The notes: generated by a model not told the origin, from the letters alone. A stretch of DNA of 64,000 nt from Oscillospiraceae bacterium (GCA_031265995.1 JAISBW010000025.1:9264-73263), one strand, 5' to 3'. Counted from the stretch's first letter, positions 1 through 10,802 are shown. Made by a program: numbers and translations.

Positions 1-1211
1 GATATGCTGAATGGGCAAAGCAAAAAATAAAATCAAAGAAAATGTCACAGATTACGTGTTTTTTTTTGTCAATCCTTTTTTCGATAGATGATTATTTCAG
101 CTGTTTAACCGTTGGTACAGTAATGAAACCGATTATGGAGCAAAATCGCGTTTCGAAATCAAAATTTTCGTATATGGTTGATTCAATGGCAGCACCGATA
201 TGCATAATAATGCCGATTTCAAGCTGGGCAGCCACTGTTGTTTCTTGTTTTGAAAGTGCGGAAATCGGGGGTATGGATATGTTTATTAAGTGTATTCCAT
301 ATAATTTTTATGCGATATTTACAATTTTGACTGTTTTAATTACTATTTTTATACCAAAAAATTTAGGTTCGATGGCTAAGTTCGAAAAAGAGATAGAAAA
401 AAGAATAAGCATAAAAAAACAAGAAAATATTTCCCTAAAAACAAGAAATAGAATAAGTGATTTATTAATTCCAATCTTAACATTAGTATTAATTTCAGTC
501 ATTTTAATTTTAGAAACAGGCGGCTTTTTTTCTGGAAATAGAAATTTGATACAAATTTTGGGAAAATCGAATTCCGGTCTTTCTATTGCGATCGGGGCAA
601 TTGCCGCAATTTTGGTTTCATTTTTTCTAACTGTTCCGCAAAAATTAAAACTTGAAAAATTTAATTCTTCAATATGTGAAGGAATTAAATCAATGACGCC
701 GGCGTTTGTTGTGCTGACTCTTGCCTGGAGCATGACCTCAGTTTGCCGAAATTTTATTTTAACTGGAGATTACATAAGCGGAACAATTTCGTCTTCGAAT
801 TTTCCTGAAAAACTACTTCCGTTCGTAGTTTTTGTTGGTTCTGCGATACTTTCGTTCGCAATAGGTTCTTCATGGGGAGCATTTGGGATGCTTATCCCGG
901 TTGCAGCCGCGGCATGCCAAAACGCCGCGCCGGAAATGATGGTTTTTACCATATCTGCGGTTCTTTCTGGATCAATTTTCGGCGATCACTGTTCTCCAAT
1001 TTCAGATAGCACCATACTTTCTTCAGCAAGCACAGAATGCAATCACATCGATCATGTTTCAACGCAGCTTCCATACGCAATTTGCGTTGCTATAACCTCT
1101 TGTTTGGCGTTTTTATTGGTAAGTTTTATTTCCAATATATTATCAGTATATATTTTTGCAATAATTTTTCTTGCAATAATTTCTTTCTTTGCTGAAAAAT
1201 TTTTGAAATAG
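1..1211 (+). CDS. Na+/H+ antiporter NhaC-family transporter (5' end upstream of window)
   Basis: ORF 42..1211. The same frame stays open back to base 3, so the N-terminus is cut by the window. Polytopic hydrophobic protein with NhaC-type motifs (DDYFSCLTVGTVM, VDSMAAPICI). TAG stop. Confidence 0.6.
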   Translation, partial: YAEWAKQKIKSKKMSQITCFFLSILFSIDDYFSCLTVGTVMKPIMEQNRVSKSKFSYMVDSMAAPICIIMPISSWAATVVSCFESAEIGGMDMFIKCIPYNFYAIFTILTVLITIFIPKNLGSMAKFEKEIEKRISIKKQENISLKTRNRISDLLIPILTLVLISVILILETGGFFSGNRNLIQILGKSNSGLSIAIGAIAAILVSFFLTVPQKLKLEKFNSSICEGIKSMTPAFVVLTLAWSMTSVCRNFILTGDYISGTISSSNFPEKLLPFVVFVGSAILSFAIGSSWGAFGMLIPVAAAACQNAAPEMMVFTISAVLSGSIFGDHCSPISDSTILSSASTECNHIDHVSTQLPYAICVAITSCLAFLLVSFISNILSVYIFAIIFLAIISFFAEKFLK

Positions 1212-1218
1212 AAAAAAA

Positions 1219-1305
1219 TCTGTTCTCATAAACTTTAAAAACCTGTATTCAAAAGAATTAAAATATCTAATTTTCAATAATTTTTTTCAAAATTTTGTCA
1301 AAAAA
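1219..1305. repeat. Family-C end fragment followed by a half copy of the family-A MITE
   Basis: tctgttctcataaac matches family-C termini. aacctgtattcaaaagaattaaaatatctaattttcaataatttttttcaaaattttgtcaaaaa matches the left arm of family A. Confidence 0.7.
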
Positions 1306-1306
1306 G

Positions 1307-1329
1307 AAAAACTCCCAAACGGGAGTTTT
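1307..1329. terminator. Possible bidirectional rho-independent terminator between convergent genes
   Basis: Hairpin aaaaactccc-aaac-gggagtttt, flanked by an A-run upstream and a T-run in the 3' stem arm. It lies between the NhaC-like gene (+) and ORF 1402..1890 (-). Confidence 0.4.
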
Positions 1330-1401
1330 AAAAACGCACTTAAAGGTTTGCCTAATTTCAGGAGAAAATCACTAAAAAACTGCTAAACAACGTTTTTTGT
1401 C

Positions 1402-1890
1402 TTAAAAAGATCCTGCTTTTTTTGCCATATCACTTTTAAATTGATTCACACGAAAAAGGTTGTATAATTTGCCGGAAAAGAATAAAGAAAGTCCTGCTAA
1501 AGCCATACTCCATGAAACAATTAATGCATCACCTGGATGTATTGCTGTAAATAACGTATTAGCTGCCCTTCCGACTTCTCCATTTCTAGCTAAATAACGT
1601 GAAATACCTTGTGCATTTTTGGTAACGATGTTTATAAGTACTGCCATAGACATAAACACTTCTCCTGCTGTCATAAAACCTCTTCCAGCACTTTTTGCCT
1701 GATCCCGCTCGAGAAATATCCTAGCTGTTCGCTCAATTGCAGTATTTTCCGTGTCTGTATTCACACGAACCCTATCTGTTGTACCCATGAACGCCGAGCA
1801 ACTCTTTGATTGCGCTGGGATAAGTAAAGAAAATGCCATTGAAAGAGCCGCTACCGACCTAACTAACTTAGAACCACTGAACTTAAACAT
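1402..1890 (-). CDS. Hypothetical secreted/membrane protein
   Basis: 162-aa ORF with a GGAGG Shine-Dalgarno site 6 nt upstream of the ATG. It has an N-terminal signal-like segment and a C-terminal hydrophobic segment. G+C is visibly above the local background. No recognisable family motif. Confidence 0.5.
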   Translation of the reverse strand: MFKFSGSKLVRSVAALSMAFSLLIPAQSKSCSAFMGTTDRVRVNTDTENTAIERTARIFLERDQAKSAGRGFMTAGEVFMSMAVLINIVTKNAQGISRYLARNGEVGRAANTLFTAIHPGDALIVSWSMALAGLSLFFSGKLYNLFRVNQFKSDMAKKAGSF

Positions 1891-2023
1891 AAAGAACCTC
1901 CTAAAAAAATATCAAAGATGAATAACATCTCCACCCAAAGCATATCATAGAAATAATAAACTTTTCAATAATAATTTTAATTTTCATATAAACACACATT
2001 AATTATTACATATATTTGGTTTT

Positions 2024-3358
2024 TTATATTAAATTCCCCCATAGAAAACTTCTTTGAGCTGAAGTTATTTTACATTCAGCAAATGTGCCTAAAAGCTCAG
2101 AATATTTTCCTTTTATTTTCACAATCACACCGCCGCCTGTGCGGCACAAAGCCATATTATCTTGGCACGACTCGATTAAAATTTTGTGTTTTTTACCTAT
2201 TTCTTTTGTAAAAATTTTTTCAGAAATAGAGTTTTGTATATTTGCAAGCTCATTAAAACGTGAAATTTTTTCTGAATGCGGGGTTAAATCAGGCATTTTT
2301 TCCGCTACCGTGCCTTTTCTTTTAGAATATATAAATGTAAAAATAGATGAAAATTTCGCTAACTTTATTAAATCAAGTGTTTCTTCAAAATCTTCGCGTA
2401 ATTCACCTGGGAATCCCACTATTAAGTCGCTTGTTATTGTTAAATATGGAATTTTCAATCTAGCATAATTAATAATTTCAAGATATTTTTGTTTGGTGTA
2501 ATTTCGGTTCATAAGTTTTAAAATTCTGTTGCTCCCTGATTGAACCGGCAAATGGAATCTCCCACCAAAATGCGGGCTTTCGGCTAGGGCGTCTATAATT
2601 TCTTTATTCATATTTTTTGGATGAGATGTCATAAAATTAAGAAAAAAATCACCTTTTATTTTGTTAATTTCTAAAATAAGATCAGAAAAGCAAATTTTAC
2701 CGTCCTCATATGAATTTACATTTTGACCAAGAAGCGTAATATCTTTGTATCCTTTTTTAACTAGATGATTAATTTCATTTAAAATTTCAGAAGCAGAACG
2801 ACTCTTTTCTTGCCCGCGCACAAATGGCACAACACAATATGAACAAAAGTTATTGCACCCGCTTATAATAGAAACCCAAGCTTTAAAATTGCTTTTTCTT
2901 TTAACTGGCATTTCTTCCGGTATTTTTTCGCAAATATTATAATTTTCCCCAGTAATTTCTTCACATAATAACTTTGGGAAGGCATCTATTGATTTAGAGC
3001 CGATAACTAAATCTATAAATTTATAATGCAAGCGAATTTTTTCGCATATTTCTTTTTGCTCCGCCATGCATCCAAAAATTACTATGAAAACATTTGGATT
3101 TATCTCTTTTATTTTTTTAAGTCTTCCTATATGCCCGAAAATCTTATTTTGCGCAGTATGCCTAACTGCACATGTAACGAATATTATTAAATCTGATTCC
3201 TGCTCGCATTCCACAAAACGAAAGCCGGATTTTAAAACAAACCCACAAATTTTTTCGGCGTCAGCTTCATTTTGCTGGCATCCAAAAACCCTAATGAAAG
3301 CTTTGGGATCATCGGTTTTTGTCTTAATAAATAAATTTATTTTTTCTGAATATGTCAC
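2024..3358 (-). CDS. miaB: tRNA-2-methylthio-N6-dimethylallyladenosine synthase (radical SAM methylthiotransferase)
   Basis: N-terminal UPF0004 motif FGCQQNEADAE, radical-SAM CNNFCSYC (CxxxCxxC), and a C-terminal TRAM-like tail. 444 aa is typical of MiaB. Confidence 0.8.
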   Translation of the reverse strand: MTYSEKINLFIKTKTDDPKAFIRVFGCQQNEADAEKICGFVLKSGFRFVECEQESDLIIFVTCAVRHTAQNKIFGHIGRLKKIKEINPNVFIVIFGCMAEQKEICEKIRLHYKFIDLVIGSKSIDAFPKLLCEEITGENYNICEKIPEEMPVKRKSNFKAWVSIISGCNNFCSYCVVPFVRGQEKSRSASEILNEINHLVKKGYKDITLLGQNVNSYEDGKICFSDLILEINKIKGDFFLNFMTSHPKNMNKEIIDALAESPHFGGRFHLPVQSGSNRILKLMNRNYTKQKYLEIINYARLKIPYLTITSDLIVGFPGELREDFEETLDLIKLAKFSSIFTFIYSKRKGTVAEKMPDLTPHSEKISRFNELANIQNSISEKIFTKEIGKKHKILIESCQDNMALCRTGGGVIVKIKGKYSELLGTFAECKITSAQRSFLWGNLI

Positions 3359-3479
3359 AAAAGCATTATATCATAATTTTGTTGTTTATTTGATTTTTTT
3401 ATTAGTTTGGCTCCTATTCCTCGAAAATTAATTTCTGAGAAGATAGGAGCCGTAACGAACAGCATAGAAAATTTTTGAA

Positions 3480-5972
3480 TTAAGTCATATAAAATCCTTC
3501 GTTCTTTTTCATTTTTCTAACTATTACTAAAAACGCTGCCAATAATATCGATATGGCAATTCCATACGTTATGGTGATTGCGGCTCGATTTGTTGTTCCA
3601 GTTTTTGGATTTCCAATATCTTTGCCAGTATCAATTTTTTCGTTAATGCCCTTTTTTTCTTCAGTCGTCAAAACGTCTATGAGAGCATAAGGGGTAAAGT
3701 GTTCGACTTCAAAATTCGCGTGAGGTTCGCCGTTTAATGTTGTGAATGTTACGTCTAGTTCTTTATCAGGCCCAGATTTTAAATAAACGGCTTTGGTGTC
3801 AGGTTTATCCCAGTCTTCGTTTGTTATAGGAATTGACACCTTCGCTTTTTTGCCTTGCGGGATAGAAATCTGTTCGGTTTCGTCTTGATTCCAAATTTGA
3901 ATATCATATGGCAAAATATGCTCGATATCTTCTGGGTTATCCGCTAATTCTAAAACTTCGCCGCCTGTAAGTTTTCTAACCTTTAATTGTGCATCCTCTG
4001 GGAATACGCCTTCTGAGGCGGTAACACGCAAATTGGTGTTTTCATCGGTTTGGTCGAATGCAGGCATGAATTTTATTTCTCCTTCTGAAGCAAAAGCAGT
4101 CGCATAAATTAGATTATCCTGTGAATCTTTTTTCTCAAGCCATGCTTTAAAATTTTGAAATTCCGGCAATTCTAGTGAGCCGTCGCCTGATACTGATTGC
4201 GAATGCTCGAAGACGTTTCCGTCGTTAATTCCAATTACAACTAGTTTTGAATCTTCCGGTGCTTGAGTATAAGAAATTTTGTTTTCTTTTTTAACAAGTT
4301 GCCCGTTCCAATTTGAAAATGGTTTTTCATTTTCTTGCCCTTTTAATCTAAGTGTCATTGTTGGCAAACCTGAAATCTGCACATAACCTTCTACTTCACT
4401 TGTAGAATTAGCCGAAGCAAACGCCACTTTTTCTAAATTAAGTTCACAAGCTGGGGCAATTCCTGCCCATTGATTATAACTAAATTGAGCTGTGCTACCA
4501 TCACCTTTAACTACCCAAGCCTTATGATTAAAACTATTTTCTATTCCGCCACCACCTTCCGCTGAAGTCCACCAAACGTTGGGCGGTAAATCAGCTGGCA
4601 ATCCGTAATTACGGTGGTCTCTAGCGTAATCCATCCAAAATTCGGCATAACCTGTTTCTACTTTTTGCCTGGCGACATCTGTTAGCCCTATTGGTGGGTC
4701 AGCTTCAAAATCCTCTTGCAAATATCCGCACTTAGGGTCTTGAACACCTATACCGCTGTTATCTCCCGTCCAATTCATCGTTGGTAGCCAAAACTTAGTT
4801 TTTGAGATCAACCCGCCAATCGATAAGTTATTATTTTCTTTAGGCATGGTATAAGAAAGCGCGCTACTTACGCCTGAATTTATATAACCATCTTCATACT
4901 TAGTTCTAGGTAAAGGGATTGAAGGCTCGAAAGCATGCCAATTTATGGTATCTATGGTATATGGCGGACTTAGTCCCGGTTGCGCATGAATATATCCTCC
5001 TCCTTGAAAAACTGCTTCCGCCCAACCTTTTTCTTCAATAATTGCTAAAGATTTTTCTTTTAATAAATCAGAAGCATTTAACCCTCTTGAGTATCTGTGA
5101 CCTAAATTGTTATAAACGCCGTATCCAGAATTTATAAGGTGTGCTATTTCTTCGCTGTTTATAAACATTCCAAGTTCAGCTCCTGCCCAACCTTTTCCTT
5201 GTTTTAACCCAGTATTTTCTTCAAGGTATGAATTGTAATATAAAGTTGCATTACCCGAACTATCCCAAATATATTCTTTAACTCCACGAACATTCTCCCC
5301 TTTCTCGTCACAGCAGACACCCCTAGTAGAACTATTTTTCCCTATATCTAGTACAAGATCATATCCTCCGCTCTTATTTTTCAAAAAATATGAGTAACCA
5401 TTATAATAACCAGTACCAGGAATAGTAAAACCAGGAGCATTATTAGCATAATAATTTTCAATTTTAGCCGCCGGAACAGGCCCATGCTGCCCGCCGTCGT
5501 CTTTAAATTGTAGACCGGAATCAATAATTTGCTCTGTTTGAAGCACAACTCCTGTTTCTGTTTTGTGAAGAATTCGCCATTGTATTGGTTCAATTTTAAA
5601 AAACACATTTTTTTCTTCTGTGCTAATAAAAACATATTTTTCACCATTATATTCAACGGTTTCGCCACTTCTAACGGGAAATTTTTTAAGCTGGTTAATA
5701 ATATCTGAATCTGTAATCAAAGTTTTCGGATATTCGCCCAAATAAATATATTGGTTTGAACCGCCTGGATTTTGTGGTATGCCAACATCGCCTGACCTGT
5801 TGCTTGTCCAAGTTGTATCCAAATCTTCAGGCATGGCAAAAATATTTTTTGGGAATGGGTTACTGCTTTCTTGCGCGGCTCTTACCGGCTCGATTTGATA
5901 GTTAAAACAGCTGACTAAAAAAATAAAAACTAAAATTAATTTAAAGAAACGGCTTAACCTTTTTTTAAACAT
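3480..5972 (-). CDS. Large sortase-anchored surface protein
   Basis: 830 aa with an N-terminal signal peptide. The C-terminus reads NPKTG, then a hydrophobic stretch, then RKMKK, which is a cell-wall sorting signal of the (S/N)PxTG type. The N-terminal IEPIQWRIL-type module resembles DUF6273-like repeats. Confidence 0.7.
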   Translation of the reverse strand: MFKKRLSRFFKLILVFIFLVSCFNYQIEPVRAAQESSNPFPKNIFAMPEDLDTTWTSNRSGDVGIPQNPGGSNQYIYLGEYPKTLITDSDIINQLKKFPVRSGETVEYNGEKYVFISTEEKNVFFKIEPIQWRILHKTETGVVLQTEQIIDSGLQFKDDGGQHGPVPAAKIENYYANNAPGFTIPGTGYYNGYSYFLKNKSGGYDLVLDIGKNSSTRGVCCDEKGENVRGVKEYIWDSSGNATLYYNSYLEENTGLKQGKGWAGAELGMFINSEEIAHLINSGYGVYNNLGHRYSRGLNASDLLKEKSLAIIEEKGWAEAVFQGGGYIHAQPGLSPPYTIDTINWHAFEPSIPLPRTKYEDGYINSGVSSALSYTMPKENNNLSIGGLISKTKFWLPTMNWTGDNSGIGVQDPKCGYLQEDFEADPPIGLTDVARQKVETGYAEFWMDYARDHRNYGLPADLPPNVWWTSAEGGGGIENSFNHKAWVVKGDGSTAQFSYNQWAGIAPACELNLEKVAFASANSTSEVEGYVQISGLPTMTLRLKGQENEKPFSNWNGQLVKKENKISYTQAPEDSKLVVIGINDGNVFEHSQSVSGDGSLELPEFQNFKAWLEKKDSQDNLIYATAFASEGEIKFMPAFDQTDENTNLRVTASEGVFPEDAQLKVRKLTGGEVLELADNPEDIEHILPYDIQIWNQDETEQISIPQGKKAKVSIPITNEDWDKPDTKAVYLKSGPDKELDVTFTTLNGEPHANFEVEHFTPYALIDVLTTEEKKGINEKIDTGKDIGNPKTGTTNRAAITITYGIAISILLAAFLVIVRKMKKNEGFYMT

Positions 5973-5990
5973 CTAAATCACCTCTTTTTA

Positions 5991-7109
5991 TTATCTTGAT
6001 AATGCCATCATTCTGTAATATAGCCACCTGCTAAAACGCGGCATGGTTTTTTTATCGATGGATGAAAATCTATCTGAATTTAAGTATTCCATTGTTTTTC
6101 TTCGATAATTTCTTAATGGTTCTTGATTTTCTTCTGTATCCATCCTTGTGCTGTCTGCTACACTAACTGCCCATTCAAGGCAAAACATAAATAAGTGATA
6201 TCTATATTTTAAATCACCTCCATATTTTGATCCTAAAAACACATCTATACCTTTTTGAAGTGCTTCTCCCATATAATTAAGGCGCTTAGACGCATCGCGC
6301 CAATCACTGATTGATCCATCATGTCTGTTATAATTGTAAAGCCCTTGAGGGCAATGGACTGAGCATTCGGAATTACCATAGCATTGCATAACAAAAACGG
6401 TATCTTCAGGGCCTTTTAATTCTGGGTCAAATCTAATCTTATGGTCTTCTAAAAACTTTCTTCTAATCATTTTGTCGGTTACAAATCCGCCTGGTTTATA
6501 TATAAACATGCCCAAAGGTGAATTTTCTTTTAATACTTCTACTTGTTCTTTAGGTTTTTCATCGACAACTAGGCTCCAATCTTTTTTGTTGCGCATTTCA
6601 TGATATACAATTCTGGATTGGGCAATATCTGCGTTATTCTTTTTAGATGCATCAAAAAGAATTTCGCAATGATTTTTTTCCACCCAGTCATCTGAGTCAG
6701 TAAAAACTACATATTCGCCTGTTGCCTGTTCTAAGCCTTTATTTCTAGCAACCGAAGGTCCGGAATTTTTTTGGTCAAAAATTATCAGATCTGGACGTTT
6801 TTCGGTCTTATATTTTTCTAGTATTTCTAAAGAATTATCTGTGGAACCGTCGTTTACGCAAATTATTTCGATTTTATTCTTGGGCATAGTTTGCTCATTA
6901 ACGCTGTCAAGACATCTTTCTAGATAAGGCGCAGAATTATAAACTGGAATTATCACCGAAACACTTATAGGAGTTTTTTCCGGTATGGTCTTTTTGCCTT
7001 CTAAACCGCCGCCTGCAAAACAAAATTTTAAATTCAGCAGAGAAAAAACAACAATTAAAACTAGATTTAATATACCGCCAAATATTTTTTTCTTTTCCAT
7101 AATCAACAA
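5991..7109 (-). CDS. Family 2 glycosyltransferase with N-terminal membrane anchor
   Basis: VSVIIPVYNSAPYLERCLDSV...CVNDGSTDNS...FTDSDDW are classic GT2 (GT-A fold, DxD) motifs. Confidence 0.8.
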   Translation of the reverse strand: MLIMEKKKIFGGILNLVLIVVFSLLNLKFCFAGGGLEGKKTIPEKTPISVSVIIPVYNSAPYLERCLDSVNEQTMPKNKIEIICVNDGSTDNSLEILEKYKTEKRPDLIIFDQKNSGPSVARNKGLEQATGEYVVFTDSDDWVEKNHCEILFDASKKNNADIAQSRIVYHEMRNKKDWSLVVDEKPKEQVEVLKENSPLGMFIYKPGGFVTDKMIRRKFLEDHKIRFDPELKGPEDTVFVMQCYGNSECSVHCPQGLYNYNRHDGSISDWRDASKRLNYMGEALQKGIDVFLGSKYGGDLKYRYHLFMFCLEWAVSVADSTRMDTEENQEPLRNYRRKTMEYLNSDRFSSIDKKTMPRFSRWLYYRMMALSR

Positions 7110-7300
7110 ATCACCTACCTATTTATCTATATTTTTAGAGTTCGTTCGTCATTATATACTATAAGATTTTTGTAGTCAAGAAGTTTTTATTGATTTATAC
7201 AATTTTCAGATATAAGAGCTTTCGAACGCTTCTTTTCTGGAATTTGCGTTCATAAACTCAAAATGAAGATTTCAAAAATTTATTAATTTAGGAAATAATT

Positions 7301-8356
7301 TTGAAAAAATATAAGCTGTTTATTTTTGTACTATTGGGTATTATTATTTTATTTTTAAGTATATATATTATTTATTTTAAAAATATAAGGAAAAAATTTG
7401 AAGAACCTAAATCAGAGACCAAAGAAACAAATTTAATCAAAGACGACAATTTCATACCTGTGGTCGTGTGTTTTGATGACAATTATTTTTATCCCGCAAT
7501 GGTTTCGATGACGTCTATGCTGGAAAGCTCAAATAAAAAAATAAATTACAAAATTTTTGCCCTAATTTCTGGGGATATTATTGAAAATGACAGAAAAAAA
7601 TTTAAAACTTTAGAAGAAAAATATAGTAATGCAAAAGTAGAATTAATAGATATGGGAAACCAATTTGAAGAATATAGCAATAAAATGGATTTTTGCGAAG
7701 GTGGGTTCTACATATTAAAAATTCCGGATCTTTTGCCAAAAGAAATACATAAATGTATATATTTAGATTCAGATACACTTGTTATTAAAGATTTAAAAGA
7801 ATTATACGATTACGATATTGATGATAATTATATTTCTGGGATTCCAGATTTAATAAGAACAGGGTTTGATTGGGGAAAACCTGAAAAATTTATTTTTGGC
7901 ATACCTAAACTTGACCAGTATATTAATTCTGGCGTAATGCTATGGAATTTAGATGAATGCAGAAAAGATGAACTTACAAAGAAATTTATGTTATTTTTAA
8001 AAAATAATTGGAATGGTCATTTCCACGATCAATGTGTTATTAACAAAATTTGTTATGGAAAAATAAAAGATTTGCCATTTAAATTTAATGTATGCAAAAA
8101 TAGTTTTCAAAATGATTTTAAATTTGAGCATAAAACTGGAGAATCTGATATTGATGAACCAGTTCGCAAAGAAGTCATAGAAGACCCCGTTATTTTGCAC
8201 CTTTGTTTTTGCAAACCTTGGAGAGCGTTTGGCCCTTGCGCGGAAGACTGGTGGAAAACAGCCCGAAAAACACCTTTCTATAATGAAATTTTTAACAAAT
8301 ATTCGAAAAATTTTAATGATAAAGATAAAGAAAAAATTTTAAATTTTTTTAATTGA
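7301..8356 (+). CDS. Family 8 glycosyltransferase (LPS glucosyl/galactosyltransferase-like)
   Basis: N-terminal TM segment, then IPVVVCFDDNYFYPAMVSMTSM, YLDSDTLV (DxD) and INSGVMLWNL, all typical of GT8. TTG start. Confidence 0.75.
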   Translation: MKKYKLFIFVLLGIIILFLSIYIIYFKNIRKKFEEPKSETKETNLIKDDNFIPVVVCFDDNYFYPAMVSMTSMLESSNKKINYKIFALISGDIIENDRKKFKTLEEKYSNAKVELIDMGNQFEEYSNKMDFCEGGFYILKIPDLLPKEIHKCIYLDSDTLVIKDLKELYDYDIDDNYISGIPDLIRTGFDWGKPEKFIFGIPKLDQYINSGVMLWNLDECRKDELTKKFMLFLKNNWNGHFHDQCVINKICYGKIKDLPFKFNVCKNSFQNDFKFEHKTGESDIDEPVRKEVIEDPVILHLCFCKPWRAFGPCAEDWWKTARKTPFYNEIFNKYSKNFNDKDKEKILNFFN

Positions 8357-8431
8357 TGCAAAATCCCGTAGTACAATGGAACAGAAAATAAATCCAATGA
8401 AGAATGAAAAATTATGGAACAAATATTACAC

Positions 8432-8594
8432 GGCTACGTCTATTCAAAAGGGCAAATTTCAAATTTTCGAAGAATTTTTCTTCAAAATGAGGAAAAAGCA
8501 TGATGAATATTTTATGTATCAATTGCGCTTTTTCATCATTACTAGAGAAAAATTCTTCGAAAATTTGAAATTTGCCCTTTTGAAGACAGGTTCT
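8432..8594. mobile_element. Family-A MITE, palindromic variant (two right-arm-type halves)
   Basis: tattcaaaagggcaaatttcaaattttcgaagaattttt... is mirrored by ...aaaaattcttcgaaaatttgaaatttgcccttttgaagacaggttct. The mirror-image track ORFs 8376..8600 and 8412..8606 are artefacts of this palindrome. Confidence 0.8.
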
Positions 8595-8622
8595 AAATAA
8601 ATCCAAGCAAATACCATTTTAT

Positions 8623-9702
8623 TTATATTGTTAATTGTTCGACCTTTTTGTGATATTCAATTCCGAGATAAGAATAAGCTAATTTTGTAGCTATTCTTCC
8701 TCTTGTTGTTCGCGCCAAAAAACCAATTTTAAGAAGGTAAGGCTCGTATATATCCTCAATTGTCACGGCTTCTTCGCCTACTGCCGCCGCAAGGGTTTCT
8801 ATTCCAACAGGGCCTCCGCCATAGAATTTTATAATCGCTTCCAAAATTCTCCTGTCATTGGCTTCGAGCCCAAGTTCGTCAACCTCAAGGCGTTCCAGTG
8901 CGTAATTTACGATATCAAGATTTATCTCACCATTATTTTTAACCTGCGCGAAATCACGAACTCGCTTTAATAAACGATTCGCAATTCTTGGCGTTCCACG
9001 AGAGCGGCGTGCGATTTCCTCGGCGCCTTCTTTTGTTGTTTTTATATCTAAAATCGAAGCGCTTCTTATTATAATTTGTTCAAGTTCTTCCTGTGAGTAC
9101 ATATCGAGGCGCAAGACAACGCCAAAACGATCGCGAAAAGGAGCTCCTAGCTGACCAGCACGAGTCGTAGCGCCTACCAATGTAAACTTTTCAAGCGGCA
9201 AATGAATTGAATTTGCCATTTGGCCTTTGCCTATAACAACGTCAATTGAGAAATCTTCCATGGCGGGATACAATATCTCTTCTACGACTCTCGGAATTCT
9301 ATGTATTTCATCCATGAACAATACGTCACCGGCACCTAAATTGGTAAGAATAGAGGATAAATCACCGGCATGCGATATTGCTGGCCCTGAGGTGATTTTT
9401 ATTCCTACACCCATCTCCGCCGCAATAATCATTGAAAGCGTAGTTTTGCCAAGTCCAGGCGGACCATAAAGAAGCACGTGATCCAATGTTTCGCCGCGAA
9501 TTTTTGCTGCGTTAATAAAAACAGAAAGATTTTCTTTTACCTTTTTTTGACCGATATAGTCATGCAAAAATCGTGGTCTGAGGGGATTTTCGAACTCATT
9601 TTTATCAGATCTATCTGGATTTTCCGTTGAAATTGCCGAATATTCTATATTTTCTTGCTCATAATTTTCATTTTCTAAGTTTTCTATATTTTTTTTCTTC
9701 AA
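8623..9702 (-). CDS. ruvB: Holliday junction branch-migration ATPase RuvB
   Basis: [19 protein letters not shown], Walker [11 protein letters not shown], and the FMDEIHR and RTTRGR motifs are near-canonical RuvB. It has an acidic N-terminal extension. Confidence 0.95.
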   Translation of the reverse strand: MKKKNIENLENENYEQENIEYSAISTENPDRSDKNEFENPLRPRFLHDYIGQKKVKENLSVFINAAKIRGETLDHVLLYGPPGLGKTTLSMIIAAEMGVGIKITSGPAISHAGDLSSILTNLGAGDVLFMDEIHRIPRVVEEILYPAMEDFSIDVVIGKGQMANSIHLPLEKFTLVGATTRAGQLGAPFRDRFGVVLRLDMYSQEELEQIIIRSASILDIKTTKEGAEEIARRSRGTPRIANRLLKRVRDFAQVKNNGEINLDIVNYALERLEVDELGLEANDRRILEAIIKFYGGGPVGIETLAAAVGEEAVTIEDIYEPYLLKIGFLARTTRGRIATKLAYSYLGIEYHKKVEQLTI

Positions 9703-9756
9703 AATCGCTCCATTTTTAAAATGCTTTTGGTAATTATATGTTTTTTTAAAAAAAAA

Positions 9757-10431
9757 TCAATTATGGAAAATTTTAGAACCTGTCTTCGAAAATTTGGAAT
9801 TTACTCTTTTGAATACAGGTTCTAAGCTTTTTTGAGGCTCCCTCATTATTAAAAACATCGCAAGATATATACACAAAGCTAAAAGTGAAATGTTAACTTT
9901 CGACCTTAAAAATATAAAAAAACCAAATACCGCAAGCGGGATTAAAAATAAAATTGAAATTATAAATGAAATTTTTTCAGCTAATTCAAGTTCCATTTTT
10001 TTTTCTAATATAATTTGCATTATTTTACCTCCATCAAGAGATGAAATAGGTAAAAGGTTTAGAATTCCTATACTTAAGCTTTCCGTTGAAATCAAATTTA
10101 AAATATTTTTATAAAAAAATAAAGATAGCAAAAAGCAAATCAAAGAAATAAGAAAATTCATAAAGGAACCGCTTAAAAGCATAACAATATCTTTTTTATA
10201 CGACTGATTTTGATTTTCTTCGACAATATCGAAACTAAATGGTTCTATTTTTATTATTTTTATACGTCTTCCGCTTAAAATAAAAGCGATAATATGACCT
10301 AATTCATGAATGATAGACAAAACCGCGGCAATCGGAACTTCGATATTTGGGCGTAATATCATTATTATCGCAAATATGAATAAAAAGAAAAAACTTATAT
10401 AAATTCGGCATCCGAAAATTTTTAAATTCAT
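9757..10431 (-). CDS. M50 site-2 metalloprotease (SpoIVFB-like, no CBS domain)
   Basis: Polytopic membrane protein with HELGH and the NLLPISSLDGG (NxxPxxxLDG) motif of the S2P/M50B family. The last ~20 codons are encoded by a mini MITE. Confidence 0.7.
   Translation of the reverse strand: MNLKIFGCRIYISFFFLFIFAIIMILRPNIEVPIAAVLSIIHELGHIIAFILSGRRIKIIKIEPFSFDIVEENQNQSYKKDIVMLLSGSFMNFLISLICFLLSLFFYKNILNLISTESLSIGILNLLPISSLDGGKIMQIILEKKMELELAEKISFIISILFLIPLAVFGFFIFLRSKVNISLLALCIYLAMFLIMREPQKSLEPVFKRVNSKFSKTGSKIFHN
9775..9823. repeat. Mini family-A MITE (49 bp) inside the 3' end of the M50 protease gene
   Basis: agaacctgtcttcgaaaatttggaatttactcttttgaatacaggttct contains both family-A termini with the interior deleted. 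Confidence 0.75.
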
Positions 10432-10509
10432 AAATTTATTTTATAATATTTTTAATTAATAAGAACTCTAAACACCAAAAGAATTATTTTCAGAAATAGC
10501 TTTAAAAAA

Positions 10510-10690
10510 TAGATATGTCTTAGAACTGAAATTTTTTTGTCAATTTTACAAAATTCGGTTTAATGACATGTCTAATATTATGATACTTCTTTTTTAGATT
10601 ATTCTGCTTTAAAATTTGGTATCTAAAACCTGTTCTCATAGACTTGGAACATCAGTTTTAAAGAAAATTTTGAATAATTTTTGTTGGAAA
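10510..10690. repeat. Cluster of degenerate MITE fragments (B-like, A-like and family-C end)
   Basis: gacatgtctaatatta is B-terminus-like. aaacctgttctcatagacttggaacatcagttttaaagaaaattttgaataatttttgttgg is the family-C left arm. Confidence 0.6.
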
Positions 10691-10802
10691 TTGCATCGCG
10701 TTGTATTTTGTTTTATTTACATATATAATCAGATTGTGCCCAAATAATAAATATTTTTTTAAAAAATTAGAATCTAGAAAATTTTAAATTCAAGAGATTT
10801 AA

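Noticed and set aside
3409-3451. A 9-bp-stem hairpin (ggctcctat ... ataggagcc) between the surface-protein gene and miaB as a rho-independent terminator.
   Set aside because: The loop is ~25 nt and no U-tract follows the stem on the transcribed (minus) strand, so it was not reported as a terminator.
8376-8606. Two track ORFs on opposite strands (8376..8600 and 8412..8606) encoding near-identical peptides (KGKFQIFEEFF...).
   Set aside because: They are mirror images produced by a palindromic family-A MITE variant. The same peptide-like strings recur wherever the repeat occurs. Neither has an SD or a coding context.
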